A DNA stretch of 64,000 nt, taken from positions 9,219 to 73,218 of the forward strand of contig CALDTX010000070.1 of the NCBI GenBank assembly GCA_937923565.1, read 5' to 3'. This DNA comes from an uncultured Granulosicoccaceae bacterium (lineage in GTDB: Bacteria; Pseudomonadota; Gammaproteobacteria; Granulosicoccales; Granulosicoccaceae). The notes below the pieces were generated by a model. That model worked only from the letters and a program-made list of their open reading frames with translations, was not told the origin of the DNA and did no database searches. Both the position numbers and the translations under genes were made by a program. Positions 31,225-40,431 of this stretch are shown here, piece by piece; the stretch's first letter is position 1; each line of letters begins with the position of its first letter.

Positions 31225-31894
31225 TATCGTGAACAACATATTTACCGGGACGCCAAGTAATTATGTTGAGTTTTTGTAACTCGTTTACTTGTCGGGATAC
31301 CGCCTCTCTGTGCGTACTAACCCGAGCTGCAATATCGGCATGGGTTGGCACTTTTTTTAAAACAACTTTGCCATCGATTGCCGGTTTCTCAGAAGCGATA
31401 CGCAAAATTTCCAAACAGATGCGCTGACCCACGCTGTACGTGCTGTACTCATAAATACGTTTGGTTTGTTTGCGCACCAACTTGGTTAACCGAATCAATA
31501 CGGCTTCAAGCACTATCGGATTTTCAGTGACAACTTTCAGAAATTGCTCTCTTGACATAACAGCCAACTGAGACTGACCCACAGCGATGCAATCGTTTTC
31601 GCGTTTTTCGCCATCGACAGCGGCAAGTTCGCCAAACATCATGCCCGGCATGAGGTCTTCGTACTGAACCTGCTTGCCTGCGTGCGAAACTGCGGACGCT
31701 CTAACACAACCATTGATAACGAAGAAAACATCACAACGTGTATCGGTGACTGAAATGACAGTTTCATCGTTTGCAAACTGCTTAAGCAGCATGTTCTCGG
31801 CAATTTTTTCTCGCTCTGGCATGGGAAGCTTTGAAAAAATTTCAAAGGTGCCCAACGTTGTAGCGCTGACTTTACTGCGCACGGCAAGCTCCAA
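31196..31894 (-). CDS. Crp/Fnr-family transcriptional regulator
   Basis: cNMP-binding domain (MFGELAAVDGEKR) and HTH THADIAARVSTHREAVSR. Confidence 0.9.
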   Translation of the reverse strand: MELAVRSKVSATTLGTFEIFSKLPMPEREKIAENMLLKQFANDETVISVTDTRCDVFFVINGCVRASAVSHAGKQVQYEDLMPGMMFGELAAVDGEKRENDCIAVGQSQLAVMSREQFLKVVTENPIVLEAVLIRLTKLVRKQTKRIYEYSTYSVGQRICLEILRIASEKPAIDGKVVLKKVPTHADIAARVSTHREAVSRQVNELQKLNIITWRPGKYVVHDISALAEYCE

Positions 31895-31932
31895 AAGAAA
31901 CTTTGTGAACTAGCCCATACATTGTGGACTGC

Positions 31933-32706
31933 CTACAAACAGGCGGTAATGCCTCCATCAACATATAGAACGTGTCCATTAACAAAGCTTGCCGAATCTG
32001 AGCTTAAAAATATACCAGCCCCGATGAGTTCATCGAGATTACCCTAACGCCCTGCAGGTGTTCGTTTTTCCAGCCACGCACTAAACTCAGGATTATTGAC
32101 CAATGCTTCGTTCAGTGGGGTATCAAAATAACCGGGCGCAATGGCATTAACGTTCAGACCATGTGGCGCCCAGTCGGTTGTCATACCTTTGGTCAAATTA
32201 ACGACCGCACCTTTAGTTGCAGTATAGGGAGCAATGCCAGGTCGCGCCATAGCACTTTGCACAGAAGCGATATTAATTATTTTGCCAGCACCGCGTTTGA
32301 TCATATGCTGAGCAACCGCTTGCCCCACATTGAACACAGAGGAAATATTGGTTTGCAACAACTTCTCGAACATTAGCGGGTCGAAGTCTTCAAGTGGCGT
32401 CCGATGCTGCATACCAGCGTTATTAATCAGTATATCAATAGGCCCAAACTGCGCTTCTGCATGGTCTATTGATGCTTTACACGCTGCGTGATCAGTCACA
32501 TCAAACGCCAACTCATCAACCGATGCACCATCGGCTCGCAAACTTGCTGCAGCTTCACTTAAATTCTCTTTATTTCTGCCATTCAGAATAATGGAAGCGC
32601 CCACTTCGGACAGCCCTTTAGCCAGTGCGAAACCGATCCCTTGCGATGAACCTGTAATAAGTGCTCGCTTGCCCGCTAAACTAAATCTTTCTAAACCCTT
32701 TTGCAT
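31933..32706 (-). pseudogene. idnO: Gluconate 5-dehydrogenase (SDR) interrupted by an in-frame TAG
   Basis: TGSSQGIG, NNAGMQHR and YTATK. TAG at 32044-32046 replaces the Trp of PAGRWG. The same frame continues GNLDELIGAGIFLSSDSASFVNGHVLYVDGGITACL to a stop at 31933. Confidence 0.85.
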
Positions 32707-32742
32707 TTTGTAAATCCAACGATTGGTGTAAGGCGTTGCTAT

Positions 32743-32770
32743 GATAGAATGTTAACGGTAACATTTTATC
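32743..32770. promoter_or_regulatory. GntR/IdnR-type operator palindrome
   Basis: GATAGAATGTTA-ACGG-TAACATTTTATC contains ATGTTA-N4-TAACAT (32749-32764) between the divergent idnO and idnD. Confidence 0.75.
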
Positions 32771-32803
32771 GAACGTTAGTCTTGCTATTTTGAAGGTGTC
32801 TGA

Positions 32804-33835
32804 ATGAAAGCGATAGTCATACACGCCGCTAAAGATCTTCGTATCGAAGAAAGAGAGATAGCGCCACCCGAACCCGGTGAGGTGCAAGTTAATATCCGCA
32901 CAGGCGGTATTTGTGGCTCTGATCTTCACTACTACAATCACGGCGGGTTTGGCACCATAACGCTGCGGGAACCTATGATTCTCGGGCACGAAGTATCCGG
33001 ACAAGTTTGTGCCGTAGGTGAAGGTGTCAGTACTACTAAAGAAGGCGACCTGGTTGCGGTTTCACCGTCACGACCCTGCTACGCTTGCAAGTACTGTTTG
33101 GAAGGCTCACACAACCATTGCCTGAACATGCGTTTTTACGGTTCTGCGATGCCTTGGCCGCATATTCAAGGTGCCTTTCAGCAGCAAATTAACGTCGATG
33201 CCCGACAATGCGTTGTAGCCAATGAGCTAAGTTCGGCTGAGGCCGCTTTAGCAGAGCCTTTTTCCGTGGTTTTACACGCAGCTCAACAAGCAGGCAACTT
33301 GATGGGTAAAAAAGTATTGATAACCGGTTGCGGTCCAATAGGCGCCTTATCGATACATGCCGCCCGACTCGCAGGCGCCAGCGAAATTGTGGTTACCGAC
33401 TTAGAAAAAAACGCCTTAACGTTTGCAACGCAAGCCGGGGCAAGTAGAACCATTAACATGAAAGAAGAACCTGACGCACTAAAAACGTACGAAAGCGGCA
33501 AAGGGTATTTCGACGCCCTATTCGAGTGCTCAGGTTCAAGCATTGCGTTAGCCAGCGCTATCACTGTGATGCGACCCGGCGGAATCATCATGCAACTCGG
33601 ACTCGGCGGCGAAATGATGCTACCGGTTATGCAGATCACCGCCAAAGAATTGCAACTGCGAGGCTCGTTTCGATTCCATGCTGAATTCCCACTGGCCATA
33701 GAGTTAATGAGCTCAGGCCTTGTCGATTTAAAGGGCCTTGTATCTCACACCTTCGACATAGACAATGCCGTTCAGGCGTTTGAAACCGCCACTAACCGCT
33801 CGCAAAGTATGAAGGCACAAATCGCATTTCAGTAG
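32804..33835 (+). CDS. idnD: L-idonate 5-dehydrogenase (Zn-dependent MDR)
   Basis: GGICGSDLHYY, GHE, structural Zn cysteines, MRFYGSAM and GSFRF. Divergent from idnO. Confidence 0.88.
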   Translation: MKAIVIHAAKDLRIEEREIAPPEPGEVQVNIRTGGICGSDLHYYNHGGFGTITLREPMILGHEVSGQVCAVGEGVSTTKEGDLVAVSPSRPCYACKYCLEGSHNHCLNMRFYGSAMPWPHIQGAFQQQINVDARQCVVANELSSAEAALAEPFSVVLHAAQQAGNLMGKKVLITGCGPIGALSIHAARLAGASEIVVTDLEKNALTFATQAGASRTINMKEEPDALKTYESGKGYFDALFECSGSSIALASAITVMRPGGIIMQLGLGGEMMLPVMQITAKELQLRGSFRFHAEFPLAIELMSSGLVDLKGLVSHTFDIDNAVQAFETATNRSQSMKAQIAFQ

Positions 33836-33920
33836 CGAGGCAGTTTTAACATTGAAAGCTCTGCTTATCCGACGATAGCAGGGGCTATAGATATGGTCTT
33901 AAACGCTAAGCGTATAAATA

Positions 33921-34868
33921 CTACGCTGTTCGATTAAAAGGCGATGATGTAAACCAGTCTTGAAGCCATTTCGACAGCTTGTCTCTGTCGGCCTTCAAAA
34001 CAAATGTGTGGTCTGCCTCTTTCAGATACGCCTCTTTTACGTTTTTATCGCCAGCAAGTTCAGGGAACATATCGACCAGCTGACCTTGATAGGTATACAC
34101 ATCATGCTCACTTCCGTTGTATACAAAAAACAGCTGAACACCTTTGCCCGATAATGTCTGAATGATCTTCCCTGTTTCAGCCATCGGCGGAATGTAACGA
34201 TAATCGTCGTCTAGCGCAATAATTGCCGCTTTCTCTTCTGCATCAATTGCATCCGCACTGGCCGCACCCGTATCGGTTAAATCTGATTTCGTTTTTCTGC
34301 CTGATAATAGCGCTTTGAATTTATTAGCCCATTTTTCCAACATAAAAATACGGGGTAAATAAAATTCTTTGAATCGATACAGTTTGAACTTGCCGGCAGG
34401 ATAAGCATAACCATTCAGTAAAACCACACCACAAACACGCGGATCAACTTGGGCTGTGGCTATTGCATCATCCGCACCGGAACACAGGCCAATTAACACA
34501 AACTTTTTGTGCTTAAACTGCTGCTGTGCATAATCCATGGCTGCACGAATTTCGGCTACAGAACGCTCTGTAAAATAACCACCCAAAGAACTTGTTTCGC
34601 TATCGCCAATGCCCGATAAGTCAAAACGGAAACCTGCAACGTTGTTTGCCGATAGATCGCGTGCTAACTCTACATGTAAACGCGTAGGCCCTACATGGTG
34701 CAATAATCCTGCAGTGATATAAATGGCGCAAACATCACAAGCTTCAAATTGCTCTGGTGGTGTATAAACACCAACCAACTGACTTTGATCACCAAAACTA
34801 CAGGCTACTTCCTGCACACAGTGTGAAGACGCCTGAACTGCAGACACACGGGCTAGTGCTTCACTCAT
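33921..34868 (-). CDS. Alpha/beta hydrolase with Cys elbow (exosortase-associated hydrolase-1-like)
   Basis: HHVGPTRLHVELAR, FRFDLSGIGDS, GLCSGA elbow and C-terminal EADHTF His. Its ATG overlaps the NRPS stop. Confidence 0.8.
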   Translation of the reverse strand: MSEALARVSAVQASSHCVQEVACSFGDQSQLVGVYTPPEQFEACDVCAIYITAGLLHHVGPTRLHVELARDLSANNVAGFRFDLSGIGDSETSSLGGYFTERSVAEIRAAMDYAQQQFKHKKFVLIGLCSGADDAIATAQVDPRVCGVVLLNGYAYPAGKFKLYRFKEFYLPRIFMLEKWANKFKALLSGRKTKSDLTDTGAASADAIDAEEKAAIIALDDDYRYIPPMAETGKIIQTLSGKGVQLFFVYNGSEHDVYTYQGQLVDMFPELAGDKNVKEAYLKEADHTFVLKADRDKLSKWLQDWFTSSPFNRTA

Positions 34869-37486
34869 GCAACCCCCTGCACGTTTTGGTCGACCGTCAG
34901 ATCTGACGGTGCGTTTAATTGCTCGTTCAGCACATCAGCCAAAATGCTCGCCGCCTGATTGATTTGCATATCGCTGGTGGTGCTTCTGTGCCCTACCCAA
35001 TCGTTTTGCTCATCGACGGTATGGATTTTTACCGGCAAATTAAGCGGCTTCAGTATTTCACTGGAATTATTAATGATGAGTTGCGCTTGATTATTCCATT
35101 CATGCCTGCGCAACAAATCCGCAAAGTCGAGCGCAGCAATGCTGTTTTGCATGGGCACACTTAAATGCAAGCCTGCAAATTCAATCATCGGGTTGGCACC
35201 TGCCTTTCTAACGCGTAAAAATCTAAAAACGTCCCGCAATATTCCTCGTTGTAACAACGTTAGGTCGCTCAGAAATTGCTGACCACTAAAAACCGGATCC
35301 CAGTAGATTCTGTTGCTAATGGGAAGACCGCTCAATGCGCAATTTGACGCTATGAGAGCACCAAGTCTTATTCCGACAACATTTATTTGATCACATGATT
35401 TCGCCAGATGCTCAGCTGCATCCTGTACATCGTTACTCCATTGATCAATAGATTGAAGCTCACCACTATCGTGGCTTGAGTTTGCAGTGCCATGCCAATC
35501 GAATCGCTGTGTTGTAAAGCCTTGCCGAGCCAGGTTTTGCATCAGTATACGAAGTGGTCTTTGGGTTCTACGTTGCTCACTCCCAACAGGCGGCACAAAC
35601 AGCACACCCACACCATTAGAGGCGCTCTCTTTAGCCGGCTGAGTTAATGTATAAATTTGCCGATCTCTGGCGGTGACAAAATACGGTATGGGTGCCGGTA
35701 CTACTCTGGCAACCGCTTTCCCTTCGATGTATCCAGCCAACAATGCCACTGTATCCAAATAGAAGAAATCCCGGGTTGAAATCGTGAAATCAAGATCATT
35801 CTGAATACGTGCAATTGAACGCACCGCCATGAGGGAGTCTCCACCCATGCTAATAAAACTATCTTCAACGCCAACTTCAGGCACGCCAAGAACATCACTC
35901 CAAATTTGACAAAGCTGGGTTTGAACTTCGCCCTCCGGGGCTTTGTAATCTTTACCGCGTGGTGCAACCGCGTGCGAGCTATCGGGCAGCGCTTTTCTAT
36001 CGATCTTACCGTTGAGCGTTTTAGGTAACGATGTCAGCAAAACGTACCGGCTTGGCACCATGTAAATTGGCAGACTTTGTTGCAGAAACTCAACAACGTC
36101 GTTGGCCGTGAGCGACTGATTATCTGATGCAACATACGCTAACAGCTTTTTCTTGCCGTCAGTTTCATCGGCAACCACCAACACTTCTTTGACTTCAGCG
36201 TGTTCATTAATTGCATTTTCAATTTCGCCAGGCTCAATACGATAACTACCGACTTTTATTTGATGGTCAATCCTGCCAGCGTAGTCAATATTGCCATCAT
36301 CCATCCAGCGAGCAAGATCGCCAGTGCGATACATTTGCGCACCAGGAGTATCAGAGAACGGATCGGGGAAGAACGCTTTTTCAGTTAAATCTGGTCGGTT
36401 TAAATAACCATCTGCCAAACTCGGACCACCAATAAAAAGCTCGCCAGTGTCCCCTGGCGGTACCATTTTCTTGTTGTCATCAAGAATATAAGCTGTGTAA
36501 TTAAGTAACGGCTTGCCAATGGGTAGTGCTTTACCTTGCCAATTTTCTGGTGGGATAAACACAGTGGCAGTTACGGTGGCTTCGGTAGGTCCGTAAGCAT
36601 TTGCCCAAAGTACAGGCTTATCAACCAACGTATTCCAACGATGATAATGTTCCGGAGAAACCTTCTCTCCGGTTACCACCATTAAACGAATACTTTGTGC
36701 CACCCGCATATTGGCGGCGTTCATTAAATCTACCCATTCATGCCAATAGCCGGTGGCCATGTGCAAAGCGGTAATACCATATTTTTCCACGATATCACTT
36801 AACTCAATTTGAGCTTCGCTGCGTTCGGAAGGTCTAATGACAACCGTACTGCCCACTAACAAAGGTGGAAAAATTTCTTCAATGGCAATATCAAAACTGA
36901 GCGTGGAAAACTGCAGCGTTCGATCCGTTTGCTCTAGTGCATAAACTTCCGCATCGGCAACGCAGTAATTTAGCAGTGCACGATGACAGATGGGTACACC
37001 TTTAGGCTTACCCGTTGAACCAGAGGTGTACATGATGTAGGCACGATCTTCGGGTTTTAAGGGTAGTGCTTCGTGCTGCTCAACAGCCAAGTTGTTGTAT
37101 GAGGAAGGTAGCTTCTCGATAGACAAGCCAGGCATATTAAATCGGGCTGCATAATGAGAATCACACAACACCACAGACGCTGATGCGTCCTCGAGCATAT
37201 AAGCAATACGATCTTCAGGAAACGATGGGTCGATAGGCACAAAAGCCGCACCCACCTTAAACACACCCATCATTGCAGCAATTGCGTGGATAGACCTATC
37301 CACGCATAAAGCTACGCTGTCTGCATGCGATACTGACAGCTTTGCAAGCTTTGCTGCGATCGTTGAGCTGTAACTATCCAGTTGTTGATAAGTAAAGTCT
37401 TGATTATCGTGAACAATAGCAATGGCATCAGGCCGTTCACGACATTGGACAGCAATAGCCTCAGCTATGGTGTTATACGAATTCAT
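34865..37486 (-). CDS. Stand-alone NRPS-like protein: adenylation - PCP - alpha/beta-hydrolase fold (no condensation domain)
   Basis: YTSGSTGKPKG, SFDI, NAYGPTE, YRTGDL and NGKIDRK in the A domain. PCP motif SMGGDSL. C-terminal RFDWHGTANS and GIRLGA elbow. Confidence 0.92.
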   Translation of the reverse strand: MNSYNTIAEAIAVQCRERPDAIAIVHDNQDFTYQQLDSYSSTIAAKLAKLSVSHADSVALCVDRSIHAIAAMMGVFKVGAAFVPIDPSFPEDRIAYMLEDASASVVLCDSHYAARFNMPGLSIEKLPSSYNNLAVEQHEALPLKPEDRAYIMYTSGSTGKPKGVPICHRALLNYCVADAEVYALEQTDRTLQFSTLSFDIAIEEIFPPLLVGSTVVIRPSERSEAQIELSDIVEKYGITALHMATGYWHEWVDLMNAANMRVAQSIRLMVVTGEKVSPEHYHRWNTLVDKPVLWANAYGPTEATVTATVFIPPENWQGKALPIGKPLLNYTAYILDDNKKMVPPGDTGELFIGGPSLADGYLNRPDLTEKAFFPDPFSDTPGAQMYRTGDLARWMDDGNIDYAGRIDHQIKVGSYRIEPGEIENAINEHAEVKEVLVVADETDGKKKLLAYVASDNQSLTANDVVEFLQQSLPIYMVPSRYVLLTSLPKTLNGKIDRKALPDSSHAVAPRGKDYKAPEGEVQTQLCQIWSDVLGVPEVGVEDSFISMGGDSLMAVRSIARIQNDLDFTISTRDFFYLDTVALLAGYIEGKAVARVVPAPIPYFVTARDRQIYTLTQPAKESASNGVGVLFVPPVGSEQRRTQRPLRILMQNLARQGFTTQRFDWHGTANSSHDSGELQSIDQWSNDVQDAAEHLAKSCDQINVVGIRLGALIASNCALSGLPISNRIYWDPVFSGQQFLSDLTLLQRGILRDVFRFLRVRKAGANPMIEFAGLHLSVPMQNSIAALDFADLLRRHEWNNQAQLIINNSSEILKPLNLPVKIHTVDEQNDWVGHRSTTSDMQINQAASILADVLNEQLNAPSDLTVDQNVQGVA

Positions 37487-37518
37487 ACTGTTAGGCTGTT
37501 TTGACCCATTAACCAGAC

Positions 37519-38826
37519 TTACCGACTCGCACTATTTTTTAAATTGTGCCGCGTATTAAGAACAGACTCTAAACTGGCTTGCAATATTGCAAAACCTTCT
37601 TGCAAGGTATCTTTTTCGATCGTTAATGGTGCAAGAAATTTCAGCACTTGCCCCTGAGCCCCTGCGGTTTCCATTATAAGCCCTTCGTTAAAGCAGCGTG
37701 CAGTAACAGCATCTGCTAAATCACCGGACGGTAAAACTAAACCTCTGATCATGCCACGCCCACGCATGGTGATGCCGTCGAACTGCTCAACCATGGCTTG
37801 CAAACCCGACTCAGCCGCCAAGCAATTAGCCTGAAGGGTTTTAGCAAAGTCATCATCTTTCCAGTTTTGCAGTAATTGATTCGCTGCAACAAAAGCCAAC
37901 TGGTTACCGCGAAAAGTGCCAGTGTGCTGACCGGGCTTCCATTCATCCAAGGATGGCTTTATCAAAACCAGCGACAGAGGTAAGCCACCACCAATAGATT
38001 TTGAAATACAAACAATATCCGGCACAATACCAGACTGTTCAAAACTGAAAAAATCGCCTGTTCGACCATTGCCTGTTTGAATATCATCAACGATTAACGC
38101 AATATCGTAGTCGTCGCAAATTTGTCGAATGTCTTTAAGCCACTCGTTACTGGCAACATTAATTCCACCTTCCGCTTGCGTGGTTTCAAGGATAATGGCT
38201 GCGGGCAAGGGTATGCCGCTACTTCCGTCTTCGAGCAATGTGCGCAACTGAGCTGCTGTATTTGAACCGTCTTTATAGTAGTTATCGAACGGATGAAACG
38301 TCACGTTCTGACGAGAGCCATAGTGCTCGTCGTGGTAAAACTTGTTACCCGTTAACGCCAAAGCACCCAAACTATGCCCATGGTAACCATTGGTAAACGA
38401 AATAATATGCGAACGTTTTTTAACTTTTCGCGCAAGTTTTATGGCGGCTTCTACAGCATTCGCACCCGTTGGACCGGTGAACTGAATTTTGTAGTCCAGA
38501 CCGCGCGGCTTCAAAATGATAGATTCCAAGGAGTCTAAAAACGCAACCTTAGCCGTTGTTGCTAAATCAAGACCATGCATCAGGCCGTCGTTAGACAAAT
38601 ACTCAATGAGAGCTGCCTTAACGCGCGGATTATTATGGCCATAGTTCAATGTGCCAGCGCCTGCGAAAAAGTCGATGTACTCGCGCCCGTCTTCGTCAGT
38701 CACGCGAGCATTAACCGCCGACTTAAAAACAGTGGGGAACGAGCGGCAATAGCCACGGACGTTCGACTCGAGACGGTTTATTGATTGCATTTTCGGTGAT
38801 TCGTTGTTCACAATATAAATGTCCAT
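37519..38826 (-). CDS. ectB: Diaminobutyrate--2-oxoglutarate transaminase (EctB/Dat family)
   Basis: LESNVRGYCRSFP, DFFAGAGTLNYGHN, QFTGPTGANAVEAAIK, DDIQTG, SKSIGG and HTGTFRGN. The start may be 38790. Confidence 0.88.
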   Translation of the reverse strand: MDIYIVNNESPKMQSINRLESNVRGYCRSFPTVFKSAVNARVTDEDGREYIDFFAGAGTLNYGHNNPRVKAALIEYLSNDGLMHGLDLATTAKVAFLDSLESIILKPRGLDYKIQFTGPTGANAVEAAIKLARKVKKRSHIISFTNGYHGHSLGALALTGNKFYHDEHYGSRQNVTFHPFDNYYKDGSNTAAQLRTLLEDGSSGIPLPAAIILETTQAEGGINVASNEWLKDIRQICDDYDIALIVDDIQTGNGRTGDFFSFEQSGIVPDIVCISKSIGGGLPLSLVLIKPSLDEWKPGQHTGTFRGNQLAFVAANQLLQNWKDDDFAKTLQANCLAAESGLQAMVEQFDGITMRGRGMIRGLVLPSGDLADAVTARCFNEGLIMETAGAQGQVLKFLAPLTIEKDTLQEGFAILQASLESVLNTRHNLKNSASR

Positions 38827-38884
38827 GTGCTTGCTTAATTAGGTTCGCCGCTACAAAGATCGGCCATTTGGCGGCAGGCTATGG

Positions 38885-40339
38885 CTATTTCGATACCAAT
38901 TTGTGAAACCTGTCTAAAAACAATTTTCGTAGTGTAGGGTTAAGCCCCAACATGGCAGAACCGTACACCATTCCAGTAACGGCACTCGCCAGGAAAAGGT
39001 CAATAATAGTTACATTCGTTTTCGCAACGCTACCCAGGTAATATGCTGGAATCGCACAAACCGTAGCCAGCCCCAATGTTTTCCAGGGCATCGCTACCGG
39101 CAGCGTTCTGGCCGCATCGCGGTAAACACCGATCGAGCGGATGCACATAGCAAAAAATGTAGCCAAAGCCGCCGCAATCAAGCCATATTTAGGTATCGCT
39201 ATCAGGTTCAGGATAAGGTTTAAAACGAAGGCGATAACCGTCCACTTCACCAGCACGGATGTCCGCTTATCAATATAAACACCAGCACCCGCTATACAGA
39301 TCGCACCCACTAGCACATAACCCGCAGCAAACCACGGAATAACCAATAAGCCAGCTCGGTACTTTTCGCCGGCTAGAAAAATCACCAATTGCGGCGCTGC
39401 GATGCAAAATACCACAAACACTCCCATAGCCACAGCCACGTATAAGTCGAATGCGCCATTCAGAAATTTTAACGTGGCATCCCGGCCTTTTTCCTCATAG
39501 AGTTTGACGTAGTGCGGCACGATGGCGCTTTGAAGCGATAATATCAATACCCATTCTAAGTACATGCAGATGTTCACTGCCGCCGCGTACTGACCCAAAG
39601 GCTCGCTGCCCATGTAGGCCTGAATAACATAACGGTCGCCTGTTTCCAGCAACACAGCCGTTAGCTCCGCTAGCATCACCGGTACGCCATAAGCGACCAA
39701 CGGGCTTAATGCTGGCACATTAATTTTAGGCTTAACCCCCACCAACAAAGAGCGGGATTGGTACAGCAAAACAGCAACGAAAATAAATTCGCTGACTATC
39801 ATAATGATTAACGCGCGCTCTGAGGTAAGTCCAATACTCAAAACGATCGCGACCATACAGAGAAGCCTGAACAACTTTTCGCTAACGCTTACCGTGCTGA
39901 GCAATCCACTGCGCTGATCTGCCTGAAGTAAGTTATTGGTCAAACTGTGGATTATTTTAATGGGCACTAAAGCGGCGCCAATTAAAAACAGCTTAAACAA
40001 CAAGGGTGTGCCGTTAATAAGCGGCACAATAAAATAAGCATAAACAAGCCAAAGGGTCAAACCTACAACGCTTAGCAGAATGATGGCGCCGGAGATATTA
40101 CTGAGAAGATCATTAAGAGCGGCTGTACTTTCAGCTCTGGCTTTACTGTAAAAGCGCAGCATCGCGCTCTGTAAACCCAGCTTGGCAAATGACACAAATA
40201 TGGTGACAGTGGCACTAACCAAGCCGAGCAAACCATACTCTTCCACCGTTAAAGAACGAGTGAGAATCGGGAAACTGATCAATCCGAGCATCGCGCCCAG
40301 CAGTCCTGCCGAGGCATAGTTTCTAAAATGTTTGATCAC
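38885..40339 (-). CDS. Wzx/MATE-like polysaccharide flippase
   Basis: About 12-14 TM helices with PILTRSLTVEEYG, DRYVI..LGQYAAA and LIAIPKYGLIAAALAT. Confidence 0.88.
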   Translation of the reverse strand: MIKHFRNYASAGLLGAMLGLISFPILTRSLTVEEYGLLGLVSATVTIFVSFAKLGLQSAMLRFYSKARAESTAALNDLLSNISGAIILLSVVGLTLWLVYAYFIVPLINGTPLLFKLFLIGAALVPIKIIHSLTNNLLQADQRSGLLSTVSVSEKLFRLLCMVAIVLSIGLTSERALIIMIVSEFIFVAVLLYQSRSLLVGVKPKINVPALSPLVAYGVPVMLAELTAVLLETGDRYVIQAYMGSEPLGQYAAAVNICMYLEWVLILSLQSAIVPHYVKLYEEKGRDATLKFLNGAFDLYVAVAMGVFVVFCIAAPQLVIFLAGEKYRAGLLVIPWFAAGYVLVGAICIAGAGVYIDKRTSVLVKWTVIAFVLNLILNLIAIPKYGLIAAALATFFAMCIRSIGVYRDAARTLPVAMPWKTLGLATVCAIPAYYLGSVAKTNVTIIDLFLASAVTGMVYGSAMLGLNPTLRKLFLDRFHKLVSK

Positions 40340-40431
40340 CGGAAGCAGAGCAGCATCCTCTTCGATTTGGTTTCAGCTAATGGAAATTGTGGACTACAAC
40401 ACATATTTTTGAGCAATGGGTTTCGGCAGCG

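Noticed and set aside
34865-37486. Classical NRPS peptide or siderophore cluster
   Set aside because: There is no condensation domain, Ser-type thioesterase, TonB receptor or additional module.
37519-38826. Ectoine biosynthesis operon
   Set aside because: No ectA, ectC, ectD or ask is adjacent. The gene is embedded between a flippase and an NRPS-like gene.
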